DNA from: Neodothiora populina
Taxonomy: Eukaryota
Assembly (NCBI RefSeq): GCF_041146345.1
Contig: NW_027191406.1
Span: 434,001-498,000 of the forward strand
Length of the DNA stretch: 64,000 nt
Direction: 5' to 3'
Shown here: piece after piece, positions 23,646 through 35,900 of the stretch
How positions within the stretch are numbered: the stretch's first letter is position 1
Layout of the letters: each line of letters starts with the position of its first letter
Notes under the pieces: generated by a model
What the model was told of the DNA's origin: nothing
The model's input: only the letters and a program-made list of their open reading frames with translations
Databases searched by the model: none
Translations under genes and position numbers: made by a program

Positions 23646-25425
23646 ATGGAAACATTTGGTCAGACTTTCTCTGCGCAATCGAATGCGCACGCGCAGATGC
23701 AGAATGGTCCAAGTTCCGCGACTGGCGACGTGGATGTCGCAGCAGGTCCAGGTTCAGGTCCAGGTAGTGGTAAGATGCGACGTCCGCACCGGCCCCGAAA
23801 GGACTACACCAATTTGGACACCGTCTTTGATTCTCTGGACGACCTCAAAACCGCCCTACGCCAGTATATGGACAAAGCCGCTGCCACCCACAATGCTGCG
23901 CCTGAATACATCTCATGTGCTATGACACTGTCATCACATGCCATTCTCCCCTTAAGATCACCGCTCGAAGGACCATACGCGCAGGGAGGACCCAACTTCC
24001 TACCCTTCAACGCCCTTTCTTCAGGTCGCAATAGCAACAATAATAATCATGACTTTGAGGACCCTACCAATTCGGATCTATTCCCTACAAAAACCATCCA
24101 GGATCTTGTCGATATCCAAGACCTGAAAGAAAGACAGATTTGGCAGCGTGCTGCCGCAAAAGGCGTTGTAAATGCGATTCAGAACCTAGATGGATTCAAG
24201 TATTGCTTCAATAATAATTGGACAAGCAAAGATGATAATGGCTATCGTTACTCTTATACTTGTCTGGATTCCTTGGAGAACAAGGACAGACATGCCAACG
24301 GTTTCCGAGCCACCAATGCGGCGAAAAGACGACCAGGCGCAAATACTCGTGGTGTGCGTAAGCCTACGTACGACTGCAAAGGCCAAGTTGCCGTCAAGTT
24401 CTCTGGCGTCCGCCGCACTGTCGAGGTCGTTTACAAGCACCACCCTATCCATAAGACTGTAGCCGAAAGAAGGCCGCCCCCGCGCAAGGACTCCAAAAGA
24501 AAAGATCTGACCGACGACCAGCAGCTTGATGCCCCTGCAGACTTTGATTTTGATTCTCACCAAGATACAACTTTTCTGTTCGAGGACGATCCACGACTGC
24601 ACTTGTCCCCGTCTGCATCTGCCAGTGCTACTTCCATCATACCGCTAGCCTCACAGCCCTTACCATATTCCATACCTGTTGTCAATAGCAATCCACCTCC
24701 GGCCAAGAAAGCACGTCGCAGGATAAAAGATGCAGTAGTACCGTCACAGCCCAAGCGCCAAGTAGTACCTGAAGTCGCTCAACCTGATGCTAGCCCAGCG
24801 CAAGACCGTCCCATGTCACTGGCAGAAATCCTGCAACAGTCCATGACTGGTGCGCCTGTTGTCTCCGCACCTCCAAGTACTAGTCAAAATTTGACCCCGA
24901 CTTGGCCTGGTTCGGCTACTTCTCCACACCAGGGACCGACAGGGCATTATCAACCACACCCTAGTCAACAATCCCTCATACAAATGGGACTCCCACAGGC
25001 CTCCACTGAGCTACGGGACGTTGGTCGATTTTCGAAATTGGCTAAACCCTGCTTCAAGTGCAAAGCGGCATCCGCTGAGGTAATCTTAACTCTGTCCTTT
25101 AGTTGTATGTGTAATAACTCAACGTGTCTAGTGTGATGGCAGACAACCCATCTGCAACTCTTGCGAGCTACAAGGGACTGTCTGTAATTATCCTTCGATT
25201 CTGCGATTCGACAAGCAACCTATGGAGTCTGGGTGGATACAAGGTGGGTCACTGAGACATCTCGTTCGTGATGGATATCGTAATAACATCAAGTCAGTCC
25301 AACCCACTTTGAAAGGTCGTAACGTCTTCCGGATGATGCAGCAGCCATCCGCATCTCTATCGGTCACGCAAAACGAGGTTCCGGACCATGATCCAAACCT
25401 CAGTGTCTGGTCTGCACATGCGTAA
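23646..25425 (+). CDS. Putative transcription factor: central WRKY/GCM1/FAR1-like C2H2 domain plus C-terminal Zn2Cys6-like cluster, 2 exons
   Basis: Exon 1 23646-25079; intron 25080-25131 (GTAATC..TAG); exon 2 25132-25425, in frame with track ORF 25222. Splicing creates CFKC-x6-C-x6-CNSC-x6-CNY. Confidence 0.75.
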
Positions 25426-26149
25426 TCCGGGGAAATTTCTCAATTTCTTCACGGACTTTTCTGATTTGTCTTTGTTACAATATACCCAGCTAAAGCGCTA
25501 CCGATTCGAAAGTAGCTTCGTCAAGGTCATTCCTGAAGCAGCATTTGGATCTTACTACCCACTCTGTGGTAGCTTTGGAGGTGCGTGCATTATGACGTCC
25601 TGTAAGCAATGAAATATACCCCTTGATTTAAAATATCCACAACTCCTCGTGTGAAGACCAAAGATGGTTCGACCGGATGACTATTATGTGAGCACTTATT
25701 CGACCAATGCACCAGATGAAAGCATATCTGAGGTAACGTATGGCTTCCCAGGACCTTCCCATTCCATATGATGTCTCGGGACCACTTCTGCTGGCTCAGC
25801 CACTGTGATCTTGGCGTTGAATGGACGCTCTCTATGCGTTGAGACGTGAAGATCGTGCCTTCCTGTACCGTAACGATTTCCTATAACAAGTTCAGGCCGG
25901 AGTCATAGGTGTCGTCATGGGTGAGTCCTCGATTGCAGAGTATAAAAAGGCCATTCATCCACCTCTTAATCTCTCTTCATCACTCATACTCAAGCACAGT
26001 ATTCTACTTTGCAGTACTTATCATCAAGTAACGTATCCTGATCATCCCTATCTGGCTCCAAGGCGTACCGTTGATCTAGCTTCGCGACTCTTTCGTCGCT
26101 ACTCTCTATCCATAGATATCACCACTTCCGTCGATCTGCCGCTGTCAAG

Positions 26150-26814
26150 ATGAAGCTCGTCCTGTTTGGGCTCATTGGAGTTCTTGGTGCCTCTGTCGCG
26201 AGCGGCAAGTCGTTCAAGGCCAAGTTTCTACCATGGGACGAAGATGCTTGCCATCAAGCCACCAAACTCAGACACGACTCGACGCTGCGGGTCAACAAGT
26301 GTCACAGCTTTGGTAGATACTACTTGCCAGCGTTGTCACTGACAGTGTGCTAACATGCGGAAGATCCATTCCGCTCTTACCAAATCTCTGGTTACAAGCA
26401 CACTCAGTTGATGACCGACGATTGCCACGTCTTGGTAAGTTGACCGCATCGTGCTACATGGCTATTGCTGACTTGCCTGCAGGTATTCGATGGCAGAAAC
26501 TGCCAGGGAATCAATGATACCGCTCCAAGTCTTGTCGAGGCACCCAATACTTGTGCGAATGCGACCTTCGAAGTTGGCAGTGGTCTACATGCTGGACGTT
26601 CCGCCAAACTCATCTGCAACCCCAAGGGCTCGGCCAAGCCTGTCACGACCGTTTCGACCACCCCGGGAACCCCTAAGTCCACGCTTGTGCAGGTACCATA
26701 TGTGGCGACCACACTCCTGCAGACAAAGACTGTCAGCTCGGCATCGGTCGCCGTACCCACCTCGGTGCTCAGTGTCATACACGTCATTCCAAACATGCAC
26801 GACGATCTGCCTGA

Positions 26815-26847
<33 letters not shown>

Positions 26848-27142
26848 TGATCATGAGGTTTCTGTGACTACCATTACCAAGACTGGGGTCGCCCCGTCGA
26901 CCTTGAAGCAGGTTGTGTATACCACATCTCACTCGTCAGCTCCATTGTCAGCTCCGAAGTCGAAAGTGCAGTCCACTTCCACGGTATGGGTATCTCCGTC
27001 CCAGAGCACTTCGACCAAGACCATGGTCATCATCCCTACTTCCTCGGCCAAACCAAGTCCTTCGACCACAAAGGTCTTCATCTTCTCCACGGCCTATCCT
27101 GGCAAGAAGCCTCTGCCATCCCCTGCTCCAGCAGCAAACTGA
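26150..27142 (+). CDS. Secreted Cys-containing protein with Ser/Thr-rich and poly-Asp tail, 3 exons
   Basis: Signal peptide MKLVLFGLIGVLGASVASG; TATAAAAA at ~25941. Introns at ~26312-26363 (GTAGAT..GCTAAC..AAG) and ~26434-26482 (GTAAGT..CAG) join the frames. Confidence 0.7.
26813..26851. repeat. (GAC/GAT)n repeat encoding a 13-Asp tract
   Basis: GATGACGACGAC... in frame within the secreted protein. Confidence 0.88.
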
Positions 27143-27716
27143 TGAGGTTGGTGGTCAAAAGCGGTTTCTGTTGCAGTGTTGTTTTTTCTTTGTTCGGTTT
27201 CTAGTTTGCTTGGTGTCGATTATTGATAGTTAATCTGTATCAAAAGCCTTGAGCCGTTGACTTTTCGTCAACCACGTGTCGAAGTTCTTTCTCATATTTT
27301 GACTTTCCAACAAGCTTGGTGAAGCCTCGTGATCGACGGCGTCTTTGCCTGTCTCCAGCATGAGTCGAGTGATTTCTTGTTGGTCGGTGACGCAAATTAC
27401 ATTATTAAACTTACATATGCATGTCGGTCATCAGATTTTAGTACCGTCTCGAGTGAACGTGCCATGTATGTAATTATTGTATTGATACGAAATGCTCGAT
27501 TGAGATAACATAGCCAAGCTCTACACATGTCTTGGGGACCTTCGCATACAACTTTGATCCGAACGGTCGAGCTTGACAGTCCCCGCTCGGCATGTTCAGA
27601 ATGGTTCGATCCGCTATACCTACAAAATGCAACAGTATACTGAGGCTTTCCCAACATCTTACATGACATGAGAAATAAAGTTGATATATCTAATCAGCGG
27701 GGACACTGGACACTGC

Positions 27717-28798
27717 TCAAAGGAGAGCCTTCTTGGGTGGAGGGGGTCCCTTGAGGTCCTTCTGTCTGTTGGCGTATTCGCGAACAACGATGGAGCAGTT
27801 GACGTCTTTGCAAAGCTGCTTTCTCCTTGCTGGCGGTAGAAGAGAAGTGAACTCGAGTCCAGACGCTCTGAGCAAAGTAGTTAGCGAGACATAGCAAACG
27901 TCTACCATGACCAATCAACTCACCTCTCGATGGCCTCGACAGGAACCTCGAAATCGGTCAAGGGCTTATCATTTGCGATTCTTGCATTGGGCAAGACGAA
28001 AGCGCCCAGACTGACATTGCCATTCGGCTTGCCGTCCTCGGCAAAAATGACCTTGTAAAAGTGCGTGGGCACAGCGACGTTCGGCGGCTGGCCGATCATC
28101 TCATAAGTCACCTTCCACTTGCCATCGGCGTCGCGCTTGGGCAGATACAAGGGGCCCGTGACGATGCGAACAGAAGGATAATGACTGGTCAACCTGCGGC
28201 AGAAATCCTCGAAATGCGCCCAGTAGTCTCTGTTGAAGCCCTCACCGACCTGGGGACACATATTGCTCAGCGCGAACGTGTCGTCCATGGCCGTCTGCGA
28301 CCACTTGGCGTCGGCCGCGGGCACCTGGTGCCCTCTGTCATATCCACTCCTGTAGTAGTCCTTGAGCTTGGCGCGGAACTTGTCCGGGATGCTGAGGTCC
28401 TCGACGAAGACCGAGTGTTTGCGGTCTGCGTTCTTGAGCTCTAGCGACGCAGGCGTGATGTGCTCGGCGACCCAGTAGGGGTTTCTTCGCTCGCGGTCGT
28501 AGGACGAGGTCAGGGATGTGGCGGCGCGCACGTCGGCCACGGGGCCTGGGAATCCGTACTGGAAGAGGCCGCTCGGGTCGACGGGGCTGACGGGGAGTGC
28601 GGCGGTCGGGATGGGTCTGACGACGGGAATGGGAGACGCCGGTCCTGTTGTTGTTGTTGTCGTCGTCGTCGAGGTCGTCGTTACGGGCACAGAGGGTGTT
28701 TGGATCTGTGGCTTGCGAGTGCCGAAAAGTGCAGCGGTTGCCGCAGCGCCTGCTGCCGCGCTGCCTGCAGCGACGAGAGCGAAGGTGACCTTGGACAT
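27717..28798 (-). CDS. NUC1: Mitochondrial DNA/RNA non-specific endonuclease (EndoG), 2 exons
   Basis: YGFPGP, RNPYWVAEH, catalytic YDRGHQVPAAD, SNMCPQVGEGFNRDYW, VPTHFYK. Intron 27923-27868 gives IERASGLEF. Confidence 0.95.
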
Positions 28799-29074
28799 TT
28801 TGCTCTAGGATACACTTGCTCGGCGTGTACAGATTCAAGAGGGATGTCGCGGGCAGATATATATCTACCACGAGCTCTGATCACCGGACGTGGAGATGGA
28901 TGTTCCGCGTGTCTGGGAGACGCGCGCGTGCCAAAAAATGTTCAAGGGTCCAGTGCCTTAGTGCATGTGTGGCGTTGCTTCTGTGGCTCGGGGCGTCGGT
29001 CCCCCCCGTCTATCCTTGCCTTGCCTTGGTACAGTGCATACGGCACAGTACATGATTGACGTCTGATGCTCCTG

Positions 29075-29920
29075 CTTCTCTTCCTCTTCCACCACGTCGC
29101 AGTAACCACGGTAAGCACACAATCTAGACTCTGAATATTCTTATTGTATCCAAAAGAAGAAAGAGTCATTTGCTGACGAGGGACAACCTCCAACAGCACC
29201 GCTTCATTGACGACAAACCATTACACACACACAAACACTAACAGTACCACTATCCATGCAGCCTGCCGTGCGTGTGTCTCCGGAGTTCATTTCCAGGGAA
29301 ACACACACACAGGACAGGCATGCGTGCAGTGAATGGCTGAGACACAGAACGGAGATCGGAGAAGCGGTCATTGCGCGCGTTGCTCTTCATTTGACTAGAG
29401 GACAACAATGTCGACTTTTGCGAAACACCTTTCTTTTCTTTTGCCTTTCTTCTTCTAAACCGTCTCATCAAACGCGCGGTCTCTGTCCCTTTCTTTTCTG
29501 ATTTTCTTGGGATCCTCGCGCTTGACGATCACAGATAACAACGAGCCCCTCCCCCTTGTCCTTCTCTCGAAGAGTAATTCTCTCTGTGGCCTCAGGGCGT
29601 CTGTAGCACGCTTACATTGCGTCCCATGACGAGACTCCTCTTCATCTACTGAAACAACCAGGGGAACCAGAAGGTCTGATCTAGCAGAAACCCCTTCTGT
29701 GGGCTATCTGTCGAACTTCCGCCTCTGTGCAGGGGGCTCGATAGATGAGTCTCTGGAGGGGAAGAAGCGAAATCAGTCTCAGGTCCTCTTGGATTCATGA
29801 AAGATGCAAAAACGATAGTTTTCAATCGGAGAAGGACGCGTGTATTTATGCTCCGTCCCGGGGTCGCGGGGGTTGCTCGGTTGATTGAAGATGATAAGTC
29901 GAAGGGTTCCTGGTGTGATT
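29075..29920 (+). ncRNA. Candidate spliced, structured non-coding transcript (family unidentified; ends approximate)
   Basis: CT-rich start-like tract, canonical intron 29111-29196 (GTAAGC..TGCTGAC..CAACAG), long hairpins at 29255-29326 and 29691-29761, and no convincing ORF. Confidence 0.35.
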
Positions 29921-30540
29921 GACGGCTCGGAGACTTTGAGCAGAGGGAGAGGAAAGGACATTGACTAGTGTTGTTGTTCACTGGTCTAGAAGGAGGAAAG
30001 ACGAAGAAGAAGGGAAGAGAGGCTGAGGTGGGGGGGTTTTGCAGGAGGAAAGATTGGATTGTTTTTCTGGTCAAAACTTGTCCGGTGATGAAGGAAACAA
30101 AAGCCAAAGTTGACTTTTCTGACAGCCCTTCCTTTTCTTCTTCCTTGCCTAGCCTAGCCTAGGCGGGAGGGGGGGATGGTTGTGGTTGTCACTGATAATA
30201 TCAAAAGAGACAAAACTTCTGAGGACTCTTTTCTTTCACAAAAACATACAATCAAATCGGGTTATTGTTTCTTTTCTTCGCCCTGTTGTTCTTCTATGCA
30301 ATTCCGTTCTGTGTTTTTTCGTTCTTCATTTTATCAAGTGAAACAAGAAAGAGGATATGTACTTTTTTTTTATGTTTCATGTATGGAATTCTTTCTTCAG
30401 AGAGTAATGATGATGCTTGAACGCATAGGATATGCAAGAGAGGGGGTGCGTGTATGCATGTATGCGTGCCAGGCAGGCAGGCAGGCAACAGCCGCGCGAT
30501 TCCAACAATGACAGAAAGGGAAGAAAAAAACACCAAAAGA

Positions 30541-31755
30541 CTAGAATCTGTCTCTGCGCTTAGCGCGGTAGAGGGTGAATCCCACATAGGCGCCGACGAG
30601 CATAAGACCGAACAGGACAAGCTTCAAGAAGAACCAGCCCCAGCCACCACCACCACCACCGCTGCTCGACTTGCCAGCCTTGTTCTTAACGGGCATGTTC
30701 TTGTTTCTATTGTTGTTCGTCTTCTGCTGCGTGCCGGTGCTGCCGCTGGGGCTGTACAGGTTCTTGGTCTCGACCTTGATGATGTCGTGGTTGTCCGAGA
30801 GCTCGCCCGTCTCGCCGGAGAAGCCGAGGTAGGTGACCGAGGGCAGTTTGACGTCGCTGACTTGGAAGCAGCTCGTCCATTCGTCTTCCTTTTTGTACAT
30901 GAGCTCGACCTCGAGGGATTTTTCCGCAAAGTAGGTGATTCGGGCTTTGGTGGGGAAGTTTGCGTTGCGCATGCCGCGGGCCTGTTGTGGTCGTCAGCTG
31001 TGCTTGTCTCGGCGAGGGGCATGAAAGGGCGAGAGGGGAAAAAAAACCACTCACAGAGCAACCAGCCAGCTCATTAGCCTTGCCGTCATGGTGTTTATCA
31101 TAAGACTTCTGGCCGTCGCCGAGCATAGCCATGACGTACGGGAACACGACACCAGGTCTGTTGTTCTTGTAGGTGTCGAAGAAAATGCCCAGCCCCTCGA
31201 ACTTGTCCTGCATGCCGAACACGTCCCCCTGCTGGCCGCGCTGCTTGGTCACCCACATGGCGAAGCCGTCGCCGAACAGGCTGCCCTGCCCGTTGATGCT
31301 GAACTCGACCTCGACTTGCCAGTTCGTCGCTGTCAGGGGCACGCGCGAGAAGATCCATCCGGACTGCGAGGGCCGGTCGGCCGTCAGCCGGATGTACTTG
31401 TCCGCGCGGATCAGGGTGTCGCCGCCGTAGTCCCACCATCGCGATTGGAGGTCGGAGTCCAGGTAAGGCTAAGTACGAGACGGGTCAGCATTGTGGTTGC
31501 GAATCGAGTGTTTTGGTCATGCTGTGTTGTATAGCAAGGCGGGGAGAGGGCAAAGACTGACCGATGTCAGGGAGTGAGTTCTCAGCTGGGACGACATGTC
31601 AGCAAAAGCGAGCCCGAGCAAAGACAATGGTTTTGGTTGCGACAAACAGGAATGCTCTTGATTTCGGGTTTCGAGTCATCTTGTTGCGCGACAACAGCGG
31701 ATATACACGTGGCGACGAGAGCGCATGCGATGGTGGGAAGCTGCGCCAGCAGCAT
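30541..31755 (-). CDS. L-type (VIP36/ERGIC-53/Emp47-like) lectin membrane protein, 4 exons
   Basis: Exons 31755-31648, 31585-31562, 31468-31055 and 30981-30541. Signal peptide, LRTHSL..PYLDSD.QSRWWDYGG, GDGFAMW, FFDTYKN, GETGELSDNHDII, C-terminal TM helix and KRRDRF tail. Confidence 0.92.
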
Positions 31756-32435
31756 CTTGGGCGAACAATTGCAGGATTCAAAGAAACAGCATAAACAAGA
31801 GAAGAGGGCTGCAGTAGCAAGAAATCAAAGGACAGAATGAGGGGGATGAAGAGTTGACAGGTCAGCCAAGTCGGTAAAGGGTAAAGGGTAAATAAACCGG
31901 CTGCTCTGATGGAGTGGAGCAGAATTGTGGCTAATGCACTGAACAAGACCGAAGGCAGGAAAGTGAGTTTCTCGCTCTCTGTTCTGTCGCCTCCAGGAGT
32001 TGTTTCAATACTGCACAACTAAACCGACTTGTTTCTGTTGTCTCGTCTCGTCTCGTGTCCTCTCCGCATTTATCGACTTCCAGGTAAAGCTCGGGCTCGG
32101 CCAAACCTGCCAATTCTTATTTAAGGTATTGTACTTTGTACTTCTGCATCCTCTTATGCAAAGCACTATGCAGCAGTATCGGCAGGCACGAGCTCTGTAA
32201 CGCCGAGCAAACACGAGCAAACTCGCTCAGTTCCATGACGATTTTCCAAAGTCGCATAGCTGCGTACCTACCTTACAGTAATTGTAGACATCGATAATTA
32301 ATTGCACTACAAAAGTAATACACCAACCACACCCCAAGAGATATCAGTCGAGCAACCTTTCGTCGCCCGCGCATAACAACAGCATCCGCTCCTCTTCAGG
32401 CTCTTACATCGCCAATCCTCACACACACACACATA

Positions 32436-32793
32436 ATGTCTTCCCTACTCGGCGGCGCCTCCTCCAACCCTGCCGCGGCAGTAAAGCAACAGATCCAACA
32501 AGAGTATGCACACTCACACCAGACCGAGAAAAGCGAGCAAGAAAGAGGACCAGACCAATAGCTGACCCTCCCCTTCCAACAGAGCCGCCATCGCCAACGC
32601 CCGCCAACTGGTCGAGAAGCTGAACGAGCACTGCTTCGAGCGCTGCGTGCCCAAGCCCGGCTCGTCGCTGTCTTCGGGCGAGACCACCTGCTACACCCAG
32701 TGCATGGAGAAGTACATGGCTGCCTGGAACTCGGTCAGCAAGTCCTATGTTGCGAGGATACAGAAGGAGACTGGGGCTGGGGGGATCATGTAA
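32436..32793 (+). CDS. TIM13: Mitochondrial intermembrane-space small Tim chaperone Tim13, 2 exons (absent from ORF track)
   Basis: Intron 32504-32582. Product ...QQEAAIANARQLVEKLNEHCFERC..PGSSLS...CYTQCMEKYMAAWNSVS with twin CX3C. Confidence 0.93.
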
Positions 32794-32962
32794 AAACCGA
32801 AGAGAAAGGAAAGAAGGTGTGTAATAGATGGACGAGGAAGGGAGCAAAATCTGCTTCCGTGGAATCGTCGTCATATATCATTACGAAAAAAAACCTGTAC
32901 ATTATCACATCATTATTTTTGTATCTACATTGGCAAGTGTTGAAAAGCGCTGACAGCAGCCA

Positions 32963-35900
32963 TCACGAATGTCCACCATGTCGGTGCACCCGCGGACTTC
33001 CCAATCCTCCGAACCACTTGCCTGAAGAGCCCGGCCTCACATGAGTGCTGGATCCGGGTCTGGCCTGACTCGAGCCGGGTCTGATGCTGCCTTCCATGGA
33101 GCTGCCGGATCTCGACGTGTCTTCTCTGCTCCGCGCACTCATCGACGCCATGGCGACTTTTGCAGCCTCCACTGCTGCTGTCGTGTTACTGCTGACTCTC
33201 TCAATCTCCGCTCGCTCGCCCCCGTGTTCGATAACCTGAGGCGAGCGGTTCATGATGGGCGTTGATACCGTGCGCGTCGTCGCTCTCCTCTTGCCTGGCC
33301 CCGCCTTGCTAGGAGTCGATAGCGGGACCAGCCCTGGCCCCGGCGAGGACGCATACTGATGAGGCACTTTCGTTGGCGTTCGTTGCTGCTGGATCCGTCT
33401 TGTTCTCGTCGAAGGCAACCCATCCCCGAGCGCTGCACCCCCGGGACTCTGGCCGTCTGCTTGTTGTTGCCACACCCTTGCCTCCTTGTTCCCGTTCGTC
33501 AAGTGATCGCCCGGCGTGTCTCCGCGGAGGTCCTCAGTACCAGACACCCGCCGTAGTGAAATCGGACTGCCCATGCCCACAAACTCGGGTGTTCCAGGCA
33601 CGCTGTAATACCTCTCTGCTGAAAGCTGTTCCGAGATGGCGTCGAGTTCGCCCGCCAGACGTTCAAAGTGCGCGGGTTCGATGGAAAGGTCCGAGTCCAT
33701 CTCATTCTTGTCCCCGGACAGCTGTGCGATCCGTCGGTCGTATTCCTCATTCAGTGCTTGGAATTGGGATGCATGTCGCATTGCGACCTGTGACTTTCGA
33801 CTCGTCAGATGCTTCTGGTGTGCCATGACTAGCTTCACGTCTGCTTCGTCGAGCCCCCTGTCGTGCTCAAACTGGGTTGCAGAATTCGTTCTGATTCCAG
33901 ACTCTGCTAGGTGGTGCTCGTAATCCTCCTTCAGCTGATTCCTTGCCGCCTCGAGCTCAAAGGCGTGCATCGAGTGTATGTCCTCCTCTTGTTGCATCCG
34001 CTGTGTGACAAGATTCTCGAACTTTTCATTATACTCTCTGGCAAGCCGATCTTTGGCATGCTTCAGGTCGCCTACGTGTTGCTGAATCTTCGCGGCGAAC
34101 AATGTTTCGTTATGACTGATCACTCTACCGAGTTCAGACAGCTCGTTCTGCGCTTGTTGGAGATACTCTTCGAACGATCTCTGCTTTCCAGAAGTGTCGA
34201 GGTTCGTCGACAGTTTCGCCTGGCTCATGTCCGGCGTCACTGGGCGACGAGGCTGCTTTGCCTTCCGTTGATGTGTGCGCAGGGTGGTGTTGTCCGCCAG
34301 AGCATCGTCGAGTTGCGTTTGAAGATTTCTCAGCTTGTCCTTCAAGTCAGTATCTTCCTTCGCCGCTGCTGTAAGCTTGGTTTGGTCTAACTCAATACGA
34401 AGCTGCTCCATCTGGGCGCTCAAGAGCCCCATCTGCCGCGCATACTCTTCTCGTTCGGACAGCAGCTCTTCGACCGACGAGGCCGACCTTTGCTTTTCGT
34501 CTTCGGTGTTTGCTAGTCGCGCGGTGATCTCATCATTGGCAAGAACGATACTGGCGTAGTCCTGCCGCAGTCTATCGAATTCAGAGGCCTTTTCCAACGC
34601 ATTATCGATTTCCTCAGCGTGCAGTCTTTCCCGCTCACGGGATTGCTTGATCAACGCCTCCAACTCGGTCGACAGCGTCTTCTTCTCGTGATCGAGTTGC
34701 GTGTGGATTGACTCGAGCAGTGCAAGCCGCTTGCGCGTGGCCAAAAGGTCGGCGCTGGAGGAATCACGCAGGGCTTGCAACTCCGCGAGGTGTCGGTTTG
34801 CAAGCTCTGTCAACTCAGCATCCGCCTTTGCTCGAGCATTCTCCAACGCTTCAACTATTGCTGTCTGGTGCGTTTGCTCCAGCTCTGCGACTTTCGTCGA
34901 CGCCGCTAGCTCGGAAGCTGCCATGGCTTCTTTCAACTCAACTTCGTGGCTCTTTTGCACCTCGGCCATACGCCGTTGGTATGCTTGGTCTTTCTCTTCA
35001 AGTGTATTTCTGTGTTTTTCTTCTACTTCCTCCATTACTCGTTCTATCTCCTGCCTATGCTCCTTGCTTGCTTGCTCCATCTCCACTCTGTGATGTTTGT
35101 CCTTCTCCGACACAACAGCCTCCATCGCCACTCGGGCGTCCTCGAGAGCCTTCGCGAGCTCGGCGCGATGCTCGCCGCCTACCTCCACTAGCTTTCCGAT
35201 CCACCGGAGCTGGTTGGCCTCTTCCTGTTGGAGAAAATTCTCTTGAGTCCGTGCTTCTCGTGCTTCTGCGTCTGTCAGCTTGGATTCCATCTCTTGCAGT
35301 TCTTCCTGCATTTGTTCTTGTATTTCACGCACTGCCGTCGATTGTTGAATCTCCAAATCCTCCCGGAGGGTAGCCAGTTCCTGTGTATGGTGGTGGCGCA
35401 AGTCCTCGACGCTCCTAGCCGTCGACAATCTGGCGCTGGCCAGCATACGTTCGTACTCGTGCAGAGCTTCGAGCTTATCTATCTCCGCAGCCTTGGTCGC
35501 TTCCAAGAGAGCCTCTTCGTGATCGTGCTTCATTTGTGCTATCTTCGCTTCGGCCTCTTGCTTAAGGTTAGTCGTTTCCTCCAAATGGTGCTGCTTGAGC
35601 TGCTCGACAGCCTCCTTTGCTTCTGCTGCTTGAGCTTCTGCTCTCTCAGCAGTTTGAGTGGCTTCCGATCTCAGAAGATCTGCGGCCTGTTGAAGATCTG
35701 CAATCTGCAGACGGTGGGCCATTTCCAATTCTGCAAGCTTTTCTCCCGAAGCCTTTACCTGGTTTGCTAGCTCTTCCTGATGTTGCTGCTGCATGCTGCT
35801 GAGACGGGTCTCGAACTCCTGAGAGATGCGTGTCTTTGTCTCGTCGACAACGGCAGCAAGACGCTCGTCGTGCTCAGTCTTGAGTGCAGCGATCCTGGCA

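Noticed and set aside
29135..29225. snR30/U17 m1-like (ATATTCTTA) and m2 (AAACCAT) motifs
   Set aside because: m1 has a mismatch, there is no convincing basal stem, the spacing to ACA is wrong, and the motifs straddle a likely splice acceptor.
28900..30500. Telomerase RNA as the identity of the structured region (CGAAGAGTAATTCTCT resembles a P6.1 hairpin)
   Set aside because: No TAACCCTAA-type template seen on either strand, the loop lacks the conserved G, and the interval is short for a Pezizomycotina TER.
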